Under the pieces are notes generated by a model, which saw only the letters and a list, made by a program, of their open reading frames with translations, did not search any database and was not told the DNA's origin. This document shows, in pieces, positions 54,641 through 64,000 of a DNA stretch of 64,000 bases. Made by a program: the position numbers and the translations under genes. The DNA is taken from IMG/VR virus record IMGVR_UViG_3300046536_000256, positions 124,001-188,000 of that record. One strand, given 5' to 3'. Position 1 is the stretch's first letter; each line of letters opens with the position of its first letter.

Positions 54641-57600
54641 TTACTTACCTCGATAAACAGCGACGGCCAATTTGGTGAATGCAATGGTGAGTTCATTACT
54701 AACCAGTTTGTTCCGGAAGCTCAACACCATTCGGTTGAACATACCTTTCAAACTGGTCTTGATCAGAACCTCGCGACCATCTTCAGTCATCAGGGGTCTG
54801 TGCATGATCCGACCCACGGTGCCTTTCATTTGGTTCGCGATGACGTATTTGTCAGCGTTTGTACTTGGATCCATGGATTCAACCAAGATGGTAATGAACG
54901 CTTTACCCGGCGACAGAATCGGCTTGTTAACGTTCAAACTGTTAGACACAGCACCCTTGGTAACATCAGAACCTTCGATCTCGGCTTTCTTCTTGCGGGC
55001 TTTGTCTTGAGCGTTGATGAACTTCCTCACGCTGTCCGACATTTCTTCAAGCGGTGAGTTGTACACCACCTCGATTTTGATGACCTTACCGTGATGCTTG
55101 GAACGCACTTGTTTGATACCCAGTTTGTTCACTTCGGCAATGAGCACGGCTTCAGCAACATCCGCCACCAAGTGGGCGTCTTCAACGTTGCATAAAATCG
55201 AGTCATAGTCAACAGAATCACCCACTTTGACTTCCAAGCTGATGTTCTGAACCACATCGATCGCAAAGCGCATCCCCTTGATGTACGGAGTCACACCTTC
55301 CATTGCCAGTTCTTTCGCAATAGCAATGGAGTCTTCGTACACGTCTTGGTCTTCCACCATGGCAATCCGCACCATGCGACCCGCTTTCCAAGCCACTTGA
55401 CCCGGGCAGAAAGGATCACGAGCAAACCACTGCTCATCCCAACCCAAGACATCGCCTTTCTGGAAAGTATCGCCAACCTTCAGGTCAGTGATCCGGGTAT
55501 GACGATGGTACTCACCCGCAGCCTCACCGATTTCCAACCCCAGAGGGTAGACGTCAGTGGTCCCGTCCTTATAGGTCACTCTGAGAGCGTCCTCAGCGAG
55601 CTCTGTGACCTTCCCTGCATCAGCAGCAACCTTGCTGTACAGATCAGACGTACGGTGCGCTACGACGTTCTCGTAGCCTGTACGGAGGATGTTCGGCGTG
55701 TAGTTCATTGCACTGACCGCCTGACTCGCTTGAGTCGAGGTAAAGGTCGACCGTTTAGGGTCATCGTGCCCAACGCCGTACTGAAGGTTACCCGTCACCG
55801 ATACCAGCCCGGAATTGGACCCCTTGTCATCCTTAGCGATGTTACCCCGGAAGTCTTTAATGCGAGGGTCAGAAGAAAGGTAGGTTACGAAGCCTACTTT
55901 ACCGCTGTCCTTGTTCGCCTCCGAGATGACCCCCTTGTACGTGTCAAGTTGTTGCCGGGCGCGCTTGACCATGGTGATCTCGCTACGACCGCCGACCCCA
56001 CCAAAGGTAACCTCTTCCTGATCCTTCAACTGGTGAATCGGGTTCACCTCTTCCACCAAGTTCACCGAGGTATCGGTAATGATGTTGAGGATGACCGCTT
56101 CAGGATTGATGTCAATGGAGTGCTTGCGCTCTTTGCCTTTGTTCCGGTACATACGGATGGCTTTAACCATCTCCCGGTACACATGGCCCGCAAACCGCTC
56201 ATACCCAACAATGCGTTGTTCGTCCAGCTCAACCTCATGACGAGAGAAGTCCGTTTCCAGCAACTTCACCGCGTCAATCAGCAGGTAGTGGAACGAAGTC
56301 GCGTAGCCCAACCGCGCCAGCTCTTCCTTGGTCACCGGATCGATAAACAGGTCAAACAGGTTCTTCATTTCCTTGAACTGCTGCGGCTTAACCTTTGGAT
56401 CGCCCATCAACGGAACCCAGATACCTTTCTCGTTGAGATCGGTACGACTGAAGTTGCTGATGTTGTTCAGCTTCGGCATGCCACCAAAGATCAGACTGGC
56501 CAACTTCTCACGACGGTTAAAGATCAGGTACTCGTCGTTGAACGCGATCGCGTACTCATCCTCACTGAGCTTAGGACGGGTGCCCATCGGAACAGAGCGG
56601 GTAGTAGCCCCAGTAACCTCAATCAGTTTGTCAATACCGAAGTAGTAACACAGCACAACGCCCATAGGGAAGTAGTAACCGCTGATGTTGATCACGGCAT
56701 ACTCAATCGGCGCTTTCGCCGTAGAGACACCCATTAGGCCTTCCACGGTGTTGATCTCGGTGTCCCCTTGGAAGAGGTTACCGAAACTGTCCACCCACAG
56801 CGGCTGCTTGTCCTTCACCCCTACCAGGAAAGCATCTTTCTTGGTGTACTTCTTGAACTCAGGGTGTTGAGTCAGCAGATCGTCAATACGGAAGTCGAGG
56901 GTAATGTCCCCAACCGTGATGAACACAAACTTCTTGGCCAGAATGGAGTAAATGCGTGGCGACGTGTATTCAGCACTGTAACCTGAACCTTGGCTGTACG
57001 TCAGGAAGGCAGGACCACCTTCAGGCTTAATACCCCGAATACGAATCTGCTTCACCAACCACAGGCCGTAATCGTCCACCACCTTCTGACTACGCAGCAC
57101 CATGAGCTTGCGGTCATAGTAGCTGGTCAAGGCGACCTTAAAGGCGTTGATCTTGCGGAGTGGCAGTTCCATGCGTTGCAGCTGCATGTGTTGCTTCACG
57201 CCGTCCACGGTAAAAGTCCCGTCCTTCTGCACTTTAGGCAAACGGATTTGGTGGGTGCTCTGCGTACCGTCCACAGGGTGCAACTGGATACGCAGGACGT
57301 CGTACGAACCTTCAACCCCGGAGATCACTTCCTGCTTGTAGTCCGCCACAGCAACACCGGCGTTCTGAATGCCCACAACCATCTTGGCGATGTCTTTGTG
57401 CAGGAAGCGTTGAGCGTACTCTTGTTTCAACACGGCGGAACGACTGCGGAGCATGCTGTCGTCAAGAACGGTGATGAAGTTACCCTCGATCTTACCGTCC
57501 AACGAATCGATCTCCTCAGGAGAGATCTGCATGAACTCCCCCAACGTCTGACCGTTGCCCATTTCGATGTGCTGGTACGCAGACCCCTTACGCATGAAGA

Positions 57601-58966
57601 AGTTCTGTTCAGAGACCGTCAAGGAGCCATCACGAGCCCGTTCTTCCAGAGCCGCTTTAATACCAGCCTCAGGAGTAGGGAATGCATCTTTCTTGGTAGA
57701 GATTTCCACCGTGGTGGTTTCTACTTCCAGCAGAGCATCGTCTACGTGACTTGTCCAATCCCCAGCAGCTTCATCAATTGGATGTTCTGCCTCATCTCCT
57801 TGCCCTTCCACCAGTGGACTGTTATTTCCCTGGTGACTCCCGAAAACATCAAGGATGCTACGATCAACAGAATGATCATCCACAGGCGCATGCGAGCCAG
57901 TAGGCGTGGCTGCTTTTCCGTCACCGGATGCTCGTCCTTGCCCTTGCGCAGCTCCCTTCTCTCCTTGATCCACTGAAGCGTCGTTTTCCGCTCCTGGGGT
58001 TGGGGTTCCTGTTCCATCTTTCTTCTCCTCGTCAGAAATCTCCTTCTCGCTGACCGACCCACGCACTAGGTTCATCAACGCCAAGTAGAACCGCTTGGTA
58101 ACGTTGATGCGTTTAGGCGAAACCCCTTCAGGTTTTTGTGCGCCTTCCTTGACGTGTGTGTCCAGTTCTTCGAGCCAGGACTTGATCGTTTTGATGTTGA
58201 TGATCAAAGCCTTGCTGTTGGCGGTAAAGATAAAGTGAAGGTCGTCTTCCGCCTGAGGGGTTAACTTACCAAACAAACTGTACTCATACTCGCCTTGCAG
58301 GAACGCCAACAAATCTAGCAGCCAGTAGCACCCTTCGGCTTTAGTTACCCGAAGAGACTGGTTACTAGGAACCGGAAGACCCTCTTTAAAGCTCCCAATA
58401 TACTTTGCATAGTCGACCATCAAATCTTTGTAAGAAGGAATGTTAATAGGCAGTTCAAACCGCAGGAACTGCTTACGTGTTTGCGCGCGCTCAGCCTCGG
58501 TGTTCATGCCTTCAACCAGCATGTTCAACCGGTTGTAATGAATCTCGAAGTTGACAAAGGTAGCAGCACGCTGCGCCCAGGTCTTATCGGCAATGCCGTA
58601 GTTCTTGACGATCAGCACATCGTTGCGGCGATAAACCGTATTGATGTCTTTGGTCCAATTGTAGTTGTAGTGACTGGCGCGGTAAGACTGAATCGCCTTC
58701 TTGACATCAAACGCCAACACACGGCCATGCCCCATCACCGGAGTGAAACGAGGCACGAACTCAATGAACACATCTTCAGGGAAGTTCGAGATGAAAGCTT
58801 CCGACACAGAAGGACCAAACTCTGTAGCCAGCTTCGGCACGAAATGCACCAAGGCTTGCTTCGGCATGACAATCTCGCTCACGCCGATAAAGTTAGGCTC
58901 CATGAGCTCCTGTTTCTTCCGCTGTACAAACAGTTTAAAGAACTCACTGTACGTAAGAAGCCGCAT
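54641..58966 (-). CDS. Virion RNA polymerase beta subunit (phiKZ gp178-like)
   Basis: 1441 aa; GGVGGRS, SEANKDSGKVG, YEDSI, ADKYVIANQMKGT and FNRMV beta-subunit motifs. Confidence 0.92.
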   Translation of the reverse strand: MRLLTYSEFFKLFVQRKKQELMEPNFIGVSEIVMPKQALVHFVPKLATEFGPSVSEAFISNFPEDVFIEFVPRFTPVMGHGRVLAFDVKKAIQSYRASHYNYNWTKDINTVYRRNDVLIVKNYGIADKTWAQRAATFVNFEIHYNRLNMLVEGMNTEAERAQTRKQFLRFELPINIPSYKDLMVDYAKYIGSFKEGLPVPSNQSLRVTKAEGCYWLLDLLAFLQGEYEYSLFGKLTPQAEDDLHFIFTANSKALIINIKTIKSWLEELDTHVKEGAQKPEGVSPKRINVTKRFYLALMNLVRGSVSEKEISDEEKKDGTGTPTPGAENDASVDQGEKGAAQGQGRASGDGKAATPTGSHAPVDDHSVDRSILDVFGSHQGNNSPLVEGQGDEAEHPIDEAAGDWTSHVDDALLEVETTTVEISTKKDAFPTPEAGIKAALEERARDGSLTVSEQNFFMRKGSAYQHIEMGNGQTLGEFMQISPEEIDSLDGKIEGNFITVLDDSMLRSRSAVLKQEYAQRFLHKDIAKMVVGIQNAGVAVADYKQEVISGVEGSYDVLRIQLHPVDGTQSTHQIRLPKVQKDGTFTVDGVKQHMQLQRMELPLRKINAFKVALTSYYDRKLMVLRSQKVVDDYGLWLVKQIRIRGIKPEGGPAFLTYSQGSGYSAEYTSPRIYSILAKKFVFITVGDITLDFRIDDLLTQHPEFKKYTKKDAFLVGVKDKQPLWVDSFGNLFQGDTEINTVEGLMGVSTAKAPIEYAVINISGYYFPMGVVLCYYFGIDKLIEVTGATTRSVPMGTRPKLSEDEYAIAFNDEYLIFNRREKLASLIFGGMPKLNNISNFSRTDLNEKGIWVPLMGDPKVKPQQFKEMKNLFDLFIDPVTKEELARLGYATSFHYLLIDAVKLLETDFSRHEVELDEQRIVGYERFAGHVYREMVKAIRMYRNKGKERKHSIDINPEAVILNIITDTSVNLVEEVNPIHQLKDQEEVTFGGVGGRSEITMVKRARQQLDTYKGVISEANKDSGKVGFVTYLSSDPRIKDFRGNIAKDDKGSNSGLVSVTGNLQYGVGHDDPKRSTFTSTQASQAVSAMNYTPNILRTGYENVVAHRTSDLYSKVAADAGKVTELAEDALRVTYKDGTTDVYPLGLEIGEAAGEYHRHTRITDLKVGDTFQKGDVLGWDEQWFARDPFCPGQVAWKAGRMVRIAMVEDQDVYEDSIAIAKELAMEGVTPYIKGMRFAIDVVQNISLEVKVGDSVDYDSILCNVEDAHLVADVAEAVLIAEVNKLGIKQVRSKHHGKVIKIEVVYNSPLEEMSDSVRKFINAQDKARKKKAEIEGSDVTKGAVSNSLNVNKPILSPGKAFITILVESMDPSTNADKYVIANQMKGTVGRIMHRPLMTEDGREVLIKTSLKGMFNRMVLSFRNKLVSNELTIAFTKLAVAVYRGK
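57742..58017 (-). CDS. Putative overprinted 91-aa single-pass membrane protein nested in the vRNAP beta gene (+1 frame)
   Basis: GAGGAG SD 7 nt before the ATG, TM segment LWMIILLIVASLMFSGVT, and distorted host-frame codon usage over this interval. Confidence 0.6.
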   Translation of the reverse strand: MEQEPQPQERKTTLQWIKERRELRKGKDEHPVTEKQPRLLARMRLWMIILLIVASLMFSGVTREITVHWWKGKEMRQNIQLMKLLGIGQVT

Positions 58967-58968
58967 TG

Positions 58969-60585
58969 TTACTCCTCAAGACCGCTCGTAGCAGCCTTCA
59001 ACATAAACAGAATCGGTTCGTTGACAGGGTCATAAAGGAAACGACCACTGCCACTGATGTAGTACTCGCGCTTACCGAACAAAGCATTGACTTCAGTCTT
59101 GCTGTCCTCGGCGTTCACGCTGTTGCTGTTCAACTGGTCACCGTCGTGGTCGGAGTCATAGCCCGCTTCACGAGAAGGGTCAACCGACATGGCATCGAAG
59201 TAATCGGGGGTTTCTGTCCGATGTGGGTAACGGGTACAGGTTTCCAGCACTTCCCAATCGGGAGTACGGATGGTCCGAGTCTTTGCGCCTGTGATGGTCA
59301 CTAGGTTCACCCGCGCCGGCACGATGGAACCGATACCAATGATCGGGTAACGTGTCTGTTGAGTGATCTGATCCATGACGGTTTGTTGGCACGACAGGTA
59401 GAACAGCTCCATGTACGTGATGGGTTTGACGAACTTACGATCCTTACCTTCAGGCAGGTCGTTGATGTCATAAAGCACACAGACATCTTCGCCATCATCA
59501 TAAACAAGGGCTAGGTAGTGTTTCTCTACCACGATCTCTTTGTTGCGCAAGTGCACGTTGGAGAAGCCGTTGAAGAGTTTGTTCAACCCGGTAAAGGTTG
59601 ACCATTTCTCCACCACACTCGGGGCCACTTCGACGTACTCGTATTCGAGGGTCTTGGTGTTCACCAACTTCACTGTCTGCGAACCTGGGGTAAAGATGTT
59701 CTGCAAGTACTTGCTCAGGAGAGCATGCACACAGACGTACTGGTTGTTCAGCAGCGCCTGATACAGACCGATGTCCGTCGAGTTAGGGTTAACTCCGTTA
59801 GGCTTGAACAAGTCAGCCCGGGAGACCTTACGCGCTGTAATAACGTTACGAGTCCCCGACACCACACCACGCGTTGACAGCCGCTTCTGAAACAAGCCAC
59901 CTTTACCTTCAGTCAAACCGAAGAGGTACTGGTCGATGTCGTTGAATGCACTTTGCAAGCCCCAACGCACGTTGTCGTACAGTGGGTTCTCGGCATCCCG
60001 TTGACTTCCTAGGCTAATGACCCGGGTCTTGAAGATCAACTTACGGTACAGTTCGGTGATCTCGGGTTCAGTCGGAGTGCCGTTAGCTTGGAACTGAATG
60101 TCCCGTAAACCAGCCGGAATCACCAAGACCTTATTGCTCACCGAGATGTCGCGGAATTGGGTAACCAATTTCACCCGCTGCTTACGTTTATAGGAATCGG
60201 TGCTGGCCGGGACGATTTCGTAGAAGTGACGCATAAAGAAAGCGAAACCGGTTTCACCGTCCAGCAGGTTGGATTTTATGAAATCCTTCGCCTCTGGATC
60301 CCATACCGCGTATTCCGTTCCTTTGAGAATACTGAGGTACAAAGATTTTATTTGTGTCAGTGCTTTGAAGTAGGTTGGGTTGAAGAGCCCGAGCTTTGTG
60401 TCAATGTACGCTTCAGTCTTATCGCGCTCTTTACTACCCAGCTTACCGAAGATCTCTAAGGAGTACAGACCCTCGTCGTTCAGGTTCTGGGTCATCCCTT
60501 CAAAGGCGTCCGTAGACGTGACTTCTTTGAAGACACCCGGCACGATAGACTTGGGGTCTAGCAGTTTAAGGTTTGTGGGTTTCAT
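58969..60585 (-). CDS. Virion RNA polymerase beta' subunit with catalytic aspartates (phiKZ gp180-like)
   Basis: GLYSLEIFG, VIPAGLRD, GTRNVIT, TRYP and DSDHDGD (DxDGD). Confidence 0.92.
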   Translation of the reverse strand: MKPTNLKLLDPKSIVPGVFKEVTSTDAFEGMTQNLNDEGLYSLEIFGKLGSKERDKTEAYIDTKLGLFNPTYFKALTQIKSLYLSILKGTEYAVWDPEAKDFIKSNLLDGETGFAFFMRHFYEIVPASTDSYKRKQRVKLVTQFRDISVSNKVLVIPAGLRDIQFQANGTPTEPEITELYRKLIFKTRVISLGSQRDAENPLYDNVRWGLQSAFNDIDQYLFGLTEGKGGLFQKRLSTRGVVSGTRNVITARKVSRADLFKPNGVNPNSTDIGLYQALLNNQYVCVHALLSKYLQNIFTPGSQTVKLVNTKTLEYEYVEVAPSVVEKWSTFTGLNKLFNGFSNVHLRNKEIVVEKHYLALVYDDGEDVCVLYDINDLPEGKDRKFVKPITYMELFYLSCQQTVMDQITQQTRYPIIGIGSIVPARVNLVTITGAKTRTIRTPDWEVLETCTRYPHRTETPDYFDAMSVDPSREAGYDSDHDGDQLNSNSVNAEDSKTEVNALFGKREYYISGSGRFLYDPVNEPILFMLKAATSGLEE

Positions 60586-60614
60586 TCAAATTTCCCTTAA
60601 TTAGGAGTTAGCAC

Positions 60615-63600
60615 ATGGCTGACGATTATAGTTCGGATTGGGGCGATGATCCCTTTTCGGGGGACATGGATTTTGACAGTGATTTTGACAGCCCGTCCAA
60701 CCATGGCTTCCTGCGTTCATTTACCACAGGGTTTCTGAAAGGCTTGGTTGATAAGACCGTCGGTGATACTGACGCCCGAATCGACACCTTGAAGATGGTG
60801 TTACCGCGCTCTTATCTGGGAGCGTTCAGCACACTAGGTGAGTTGAACCGCCGACGCACTGAGTTGATGCAAGAGATCAAGGGGGACTCCTACGAGTCCG
60901 TAAAAGACCTGCAATACCTTGCCGGACGCGCGGCAGATAAGCTCCGCAAGGTAGCTCCTAATAGAATCGCTGACGGTTTTCAGGAGTTCAGCAAAAACGA
61001 TTTCAGTGATTGGGAGCGCTCTAGCAGCAGTTCTAGCAGTGATAGCGGACCTAGTCTGGCCGACACCACCGATGACGATGTAAAGGAAGCTCTGGCTGCT
61101 GCTGACGCAAACTCCATTCTGGAACGCGAAACAGTAATTGGCGCTGCCGGCACTATCACCGACATGATGGCTAACGTCGGGGGTCGTACCCTGGCTAACC
61201 TCTCGGCAATGGGTGCGGGTACCGTTCGGACGAATCAGTTGCTGGAACAAGTCGTTGATTATCAGCGCCGGGTTCAAGCGCGTAATGATTCCCTGAAACT
61301 CAACATCATGACTCGGTCGTACTTGACAGACGCTAAGTTCTACAAGTTCGTTGAGGCAAGTAACCACCGTATTGTTGCTGAACTGAAGAAGATCAGCGAA
61401 AGCTCGGCTAAGTCGGACTACGAGAAGACCACCCACTCCCAAGCGGTACGTAAGAGTGTGCGGGAATCCGTGTTCAACACCGTCAAGGCCAAGGTCGGTG
61501 GTATTGCTGGGTTTATCGACGAGAAGTTCGGTAAGACCGCTCGAGGTCAATTCGGCAGAGACATCAATGAACTGACCAGCTCGGTACGCATGGCCGCCGA
61601 GATGACTGAAGGGATGAACATCAACCTCGGTGACATCCTGGGTACTGCGGCAGCGGGTATCTTCATCAATAACCTTCCACGGATGATGAAGAGCGGCAAA
61701 GCCCAAGGTTATCTGAACGAGTTCAAGAAGAAGTTCCCGAAACAAGCCAAGTGGGCGGAAGACGCTTACATCCGTATTGGTGACTTGGGTCACGTTGCGT
61801 CTTACACCTTGAGCAACGCTGAAGGCCTGACGAACACCATGGCGAAGTATTACCAAGGTGGCAACAGCTTCTCTGAGGCAGACAGCTACGAAGAGTACTT
61901 GGAAACTCTTCCGCCTGGCGAGAAGCCGATGATCAAGTTCGATTGGACGATCTTGAACAAAGCAAAGCGGCTCGGTAATAAGAGCATCTCGGGCGTGTTC
62001 AACAACATGTCCAAGTCCAACGGCACGCGTTACAACATGGCGCGCCGTACGTTGGAAGATAGCTTTGAACAGACGCTGTGGAACAAACGTTCTGATCGCA
62101 CCTTGAACGAAATCCTGCCGCGGTGGTTAAGCCAGATTCACTTGTCCATCGAGAAGTTCCGGACCGGTAAAGATGACATGCGCGAAATGACCTACGACTA
62201 TGTCAAGGGTAAGTTCGTTAGCCACAACCAGAAAATCAGCACCGTGCTCAACCAAGTGCTGGACAAGCGTCAGTTCAGTGCACAGGCTGACATGGCGAAT
62301 GGCTTGGCTGATCGGTTGGACAGCGACAACGCGATGAGTCCTGCCGCCAAGAAGGAGCTGGCGTTCCGTTTGGCGCACGATGGCGATATGGAGTTGGGGC
62401 TTAACCCTTACAACTACCTGCACACTGATAAGGAACACGGTGTCGCTCCGGAGATCGCTAAAGAAATCAAGGAGATGATCCAAGCTCAATTCGGTATCAC
62501 CGATGAGCACATCAAAAAGTTCCAAAACGGGACTGACGTGGACCGTGGGAAACTGTTGACGTACATGCCAACGGAAGCGGGTCGGGCTAAACTTGCTGAC
62601 CTTGCTCCTCAGGCTCAAACGTTGGCTGCCTTTACCCCGGACATTGTTAACCGTCTGGACTTGTACAAGTCGAATGGGTTTTACGAGCCATTAAAGGAAG
62701 CGGGCATCGTCAAGTCTGAAAACGGCTGGGACACGGTGAACATGGACATGATGCGGTCTACGTTGCGAGACTTCATTAATGATCCTAAACGCGAAACCGC
62801 GCAATCCGTTCCTGACGAGGCTCCGTTGCCAAGTCGTGTGTTTGGTGGCGGTGGCGGTCCAACACCACCGGGTCCTGGTCCTACGCCTGAGTTCCAGTGG
62901 CCGGCGTATCCGAAGTTCGAGTGGCCAGAGTTCCCAGCACTTCCTGCGTGGCCGGCTTATCCACCGTTGCCGGGTCCAGCAGGTCCTTCTCTGGGCCCTA
63001 CACCTCCAAGCAATCCTGGTCCTAGTGTTCTCCCGCCGGCTGAACCTCAATCGGTCACGCTGAACGGGATGGAGGACCTAACCAAGTCTCTGGCGGGTCT
63101 GGGTGACTTGAAAGCCAGCATGGATCAGTTGGGTAAATCCTTCTCGGGTTATCGTCCTCCTGAAAATGACGCGGTCTTTGATGTCAAGCCGATTGTCGAT
63201 GGCTTCGAAGGGGTAAACAAACGCCTTGAAGCGCTGATGGTTAGCGCCAATGCCCGGAACCAAACCCTGTCTGACATTCTCCTGCGACAACCTCCGAAAC
63301 AGAAGGAAGTCTCGGACAGTGATGACAAGGAGATGAACCGGGAAAAGAGAGGTATCCTGGAGAAACTCAAAGGGACTTCCTTCCGCGACATCTTTAACAA
63401 TGGCGTGGACAAAATCCTGGATAATCAACCGCTGATTCTGGGTGGGTTACTCGGCGGCTTGGCGGGCATGGCGGTGTACAACCCGAAAGGGGCTGCCCTG
63501 CTGGCGGGTGGCGCGGCTGTTGCAACGGCTTATATGAAGATCAAGAGTCTGTCCACAGCACGTTCGGCGAAAGCTACCGAAGACTTGTACGAAGAAGGGA

Positions 63601-64000
63601 GCGAGACACCTATCCTGGAAGCGAACAAGCTGTTGAAGGGTGACTACCTGGACATGACGTCGGGTTTCATCATCGACAGCTGGGACAAGATCACGGGCAG
63701 CCTGAAGGACATCACCAACAACACCATTATTGGCGCGCGTCGTCTGGCGGGCAAACTGTTTAACCAAGAGAACAAGGAAGTGTTCATCTCTGGGTTAAGC
63801 AAGATGCGGGATGCCATGATGAAAGCGTGGAACGCTATGGACCCTTTCTCCCGGGTCAAGCGTTGGGGCAATGCGTTGAAGACGCGTTTCTACCAGATGG
63901 ACGTGTATAAGGAAGGGGACGACTCACCGACACTCGTTGGGAAACGTTTTGCGTCGGGTGCTTACTGCAAGCGTAACGAGTCCGGGGAACTGGTCGTCAT
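60615..64000 (+). CDS. Giant tail/tape-measure-type virion protein (phiKZ gp181-like), 5' part only
   Basis: ATG 60615 with AGGAG SD, acidic start MADDYSSDWGDDPFSGDMDFD, frame spot-checked as open (not in the ORF track because it runs off the edge). Divergent from vRNAP beta' as in phiKZ-type genomes. The lytic domain is not visible in this window. Confidence 0.78.
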   Translation, partial: MADDYSSDWGDDPFSGDMDFDSDFDSPSNHGFLRSFTTGFLKGLVDKTVGDTDARIDTLKMVLPRSYLGAFSTLGELNRRRTELMQEIKGDSYESVKDLQYLAGRAADKLRKVAPNRIADGFQEFSKNDFSDWERSSSSSSSDSGPSLADTTDDDVKEALAAADANSILERETVIGAAGTITDMMANVGGRTLANLSAMGAGTVRTNQLLEQVVDYQRRVQARNDSLKLNIMTRSYLTDAKFYKFVEASNHRIVAELKKISESSAKSDYEKTTHSQAVRKSVRESVFNTVKAKVGGIAGFIDEKFGKTARGQFGRDINELTSSVRMAAEMTEGMNINLGDILGTAAAGIFINNLPRMMKSGKAQGYLNEFKKKFPKQAKWAEDAYIRIGDLGHVASYTLSNAEGLTNTMAKYYQGGNSFSEADSYEEYLETLPPGEKPMIKFDWTILNKAKRLGNKSISGVFNNMSKSNGTRYNMARRTLEDSFEQTLWNKRSDRTLNEILPRWLSQIHLSIEKFRTGKDDMREMTYDYVKGKFVSHNQKISTVLNQVLDKRQFSAQADMANGLADRLDSDNAMSPAAKKELAFRLAHDGDMELGLNPYNYLHTDKEHGVAPEIAKEIKEMIQAQFGITDEHIKKFQNGTDVDRGKLLTYMPTEAGRAKLADLAPQAQTLAAFTPDIVNRLDLYKSNGFYEPLKEAGIVKSENGWDTVNMDMMRSTLRDFINDPKRETAQSVPDEAPLPSRVFGGGGGPTPPGPGPTPEFQWPAYPKFEWPEFPALPAWPAYPPLPGPAGPSLGPTPPSNPGPSVLPPAEPQSVTLNGMEDLTKSLAGLGDLKASMDQLGKSFSGYRPPENDAVFDVKPIVDGFEGVNKRLEALMVSANARNQTLSDILLRQPPKQKEVSDSDDKEMNREKRGILEKLKGTSFRDIFNNGVDKILDNQPLILGGLLGGLAGMAVYNPKGAALLAGGAAVATAYMKIKSLSTARSAKATEDLYEEGSETPILEANKLLKGDYLDMTSGFIIDSWDKITGSLKDITNNTIIGARRLAGKLFNQENKEVFISGLSKMRDAMMKAWNAMDPFSRVKRWGNALKTRFYQMDVYKEGDDSPTLVGKRFASGAYCKRNESGELVV

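Noticed and set aside
62779-63063. 94-aa +1-frame ORF with hydrophobic stretches over the Pro-rich insert
   Set aside because: No clear SD, and the L/R/Q/H content is what CCN-rich sequence yields in the +1 frame; much weaker than the 57742-58017 case.
1-64000. tRNA, rRNA, CRISPR array, IS elements, introns, stop-codon recoding
   Set aside because: None recognised by eye; conserved genes are full length in the standard code. tRNAscan and Infernal were not run.

Overview
64 kb of a nucleus-forming jumbo phage (phiKZ-like / Chimalliviridae). The gene order resembles the EL/OBP type and the host is probably Pseudomonas. 1-20.7 kb (minus strand): core replication/nucleus block with PhuZ tubulin, a small-gene array, the PolB polymerase domain, chimallin, the nvRNAP beta' subunit, an SbcD-like nuclease, and ChmC-, gp68-, PicA- and gp70-position genes. 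21-28 kb: accessory genes, including tandem Ntn/HslV-like peptidases, a PL7 alginate lyase and a degenerate Tmk-like protein. 28-40 kb: terminase large subunit with a class-3-type intein, virion proteins, tail sheath and tail tube. 40-50 kb: early accessory genes plus tmk, a QueC-like PP-loop protein and a NUDIX protein. 50-64 kb: prohead protease, endolysin, virion RNAP beta and beta' subunits, and the 5' part of the giant tail/tape-measure protein. A 17-bp early-promoter motif recurs 6-7 times. The best novel candidate is a 91-codon single-TM gene overprinted in the +1 frame inside the virion RNAP beta gene. It has its own Shine-Dalgarno and a codon-usage signature, and lies upstream of the endolysin, so it may be a hidden holin or lysis regulator. 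No tRNA, rRNA or CRISPR array was recognised. phiKZ gp numbers come from remembered synteny and motifs, not from database searches.
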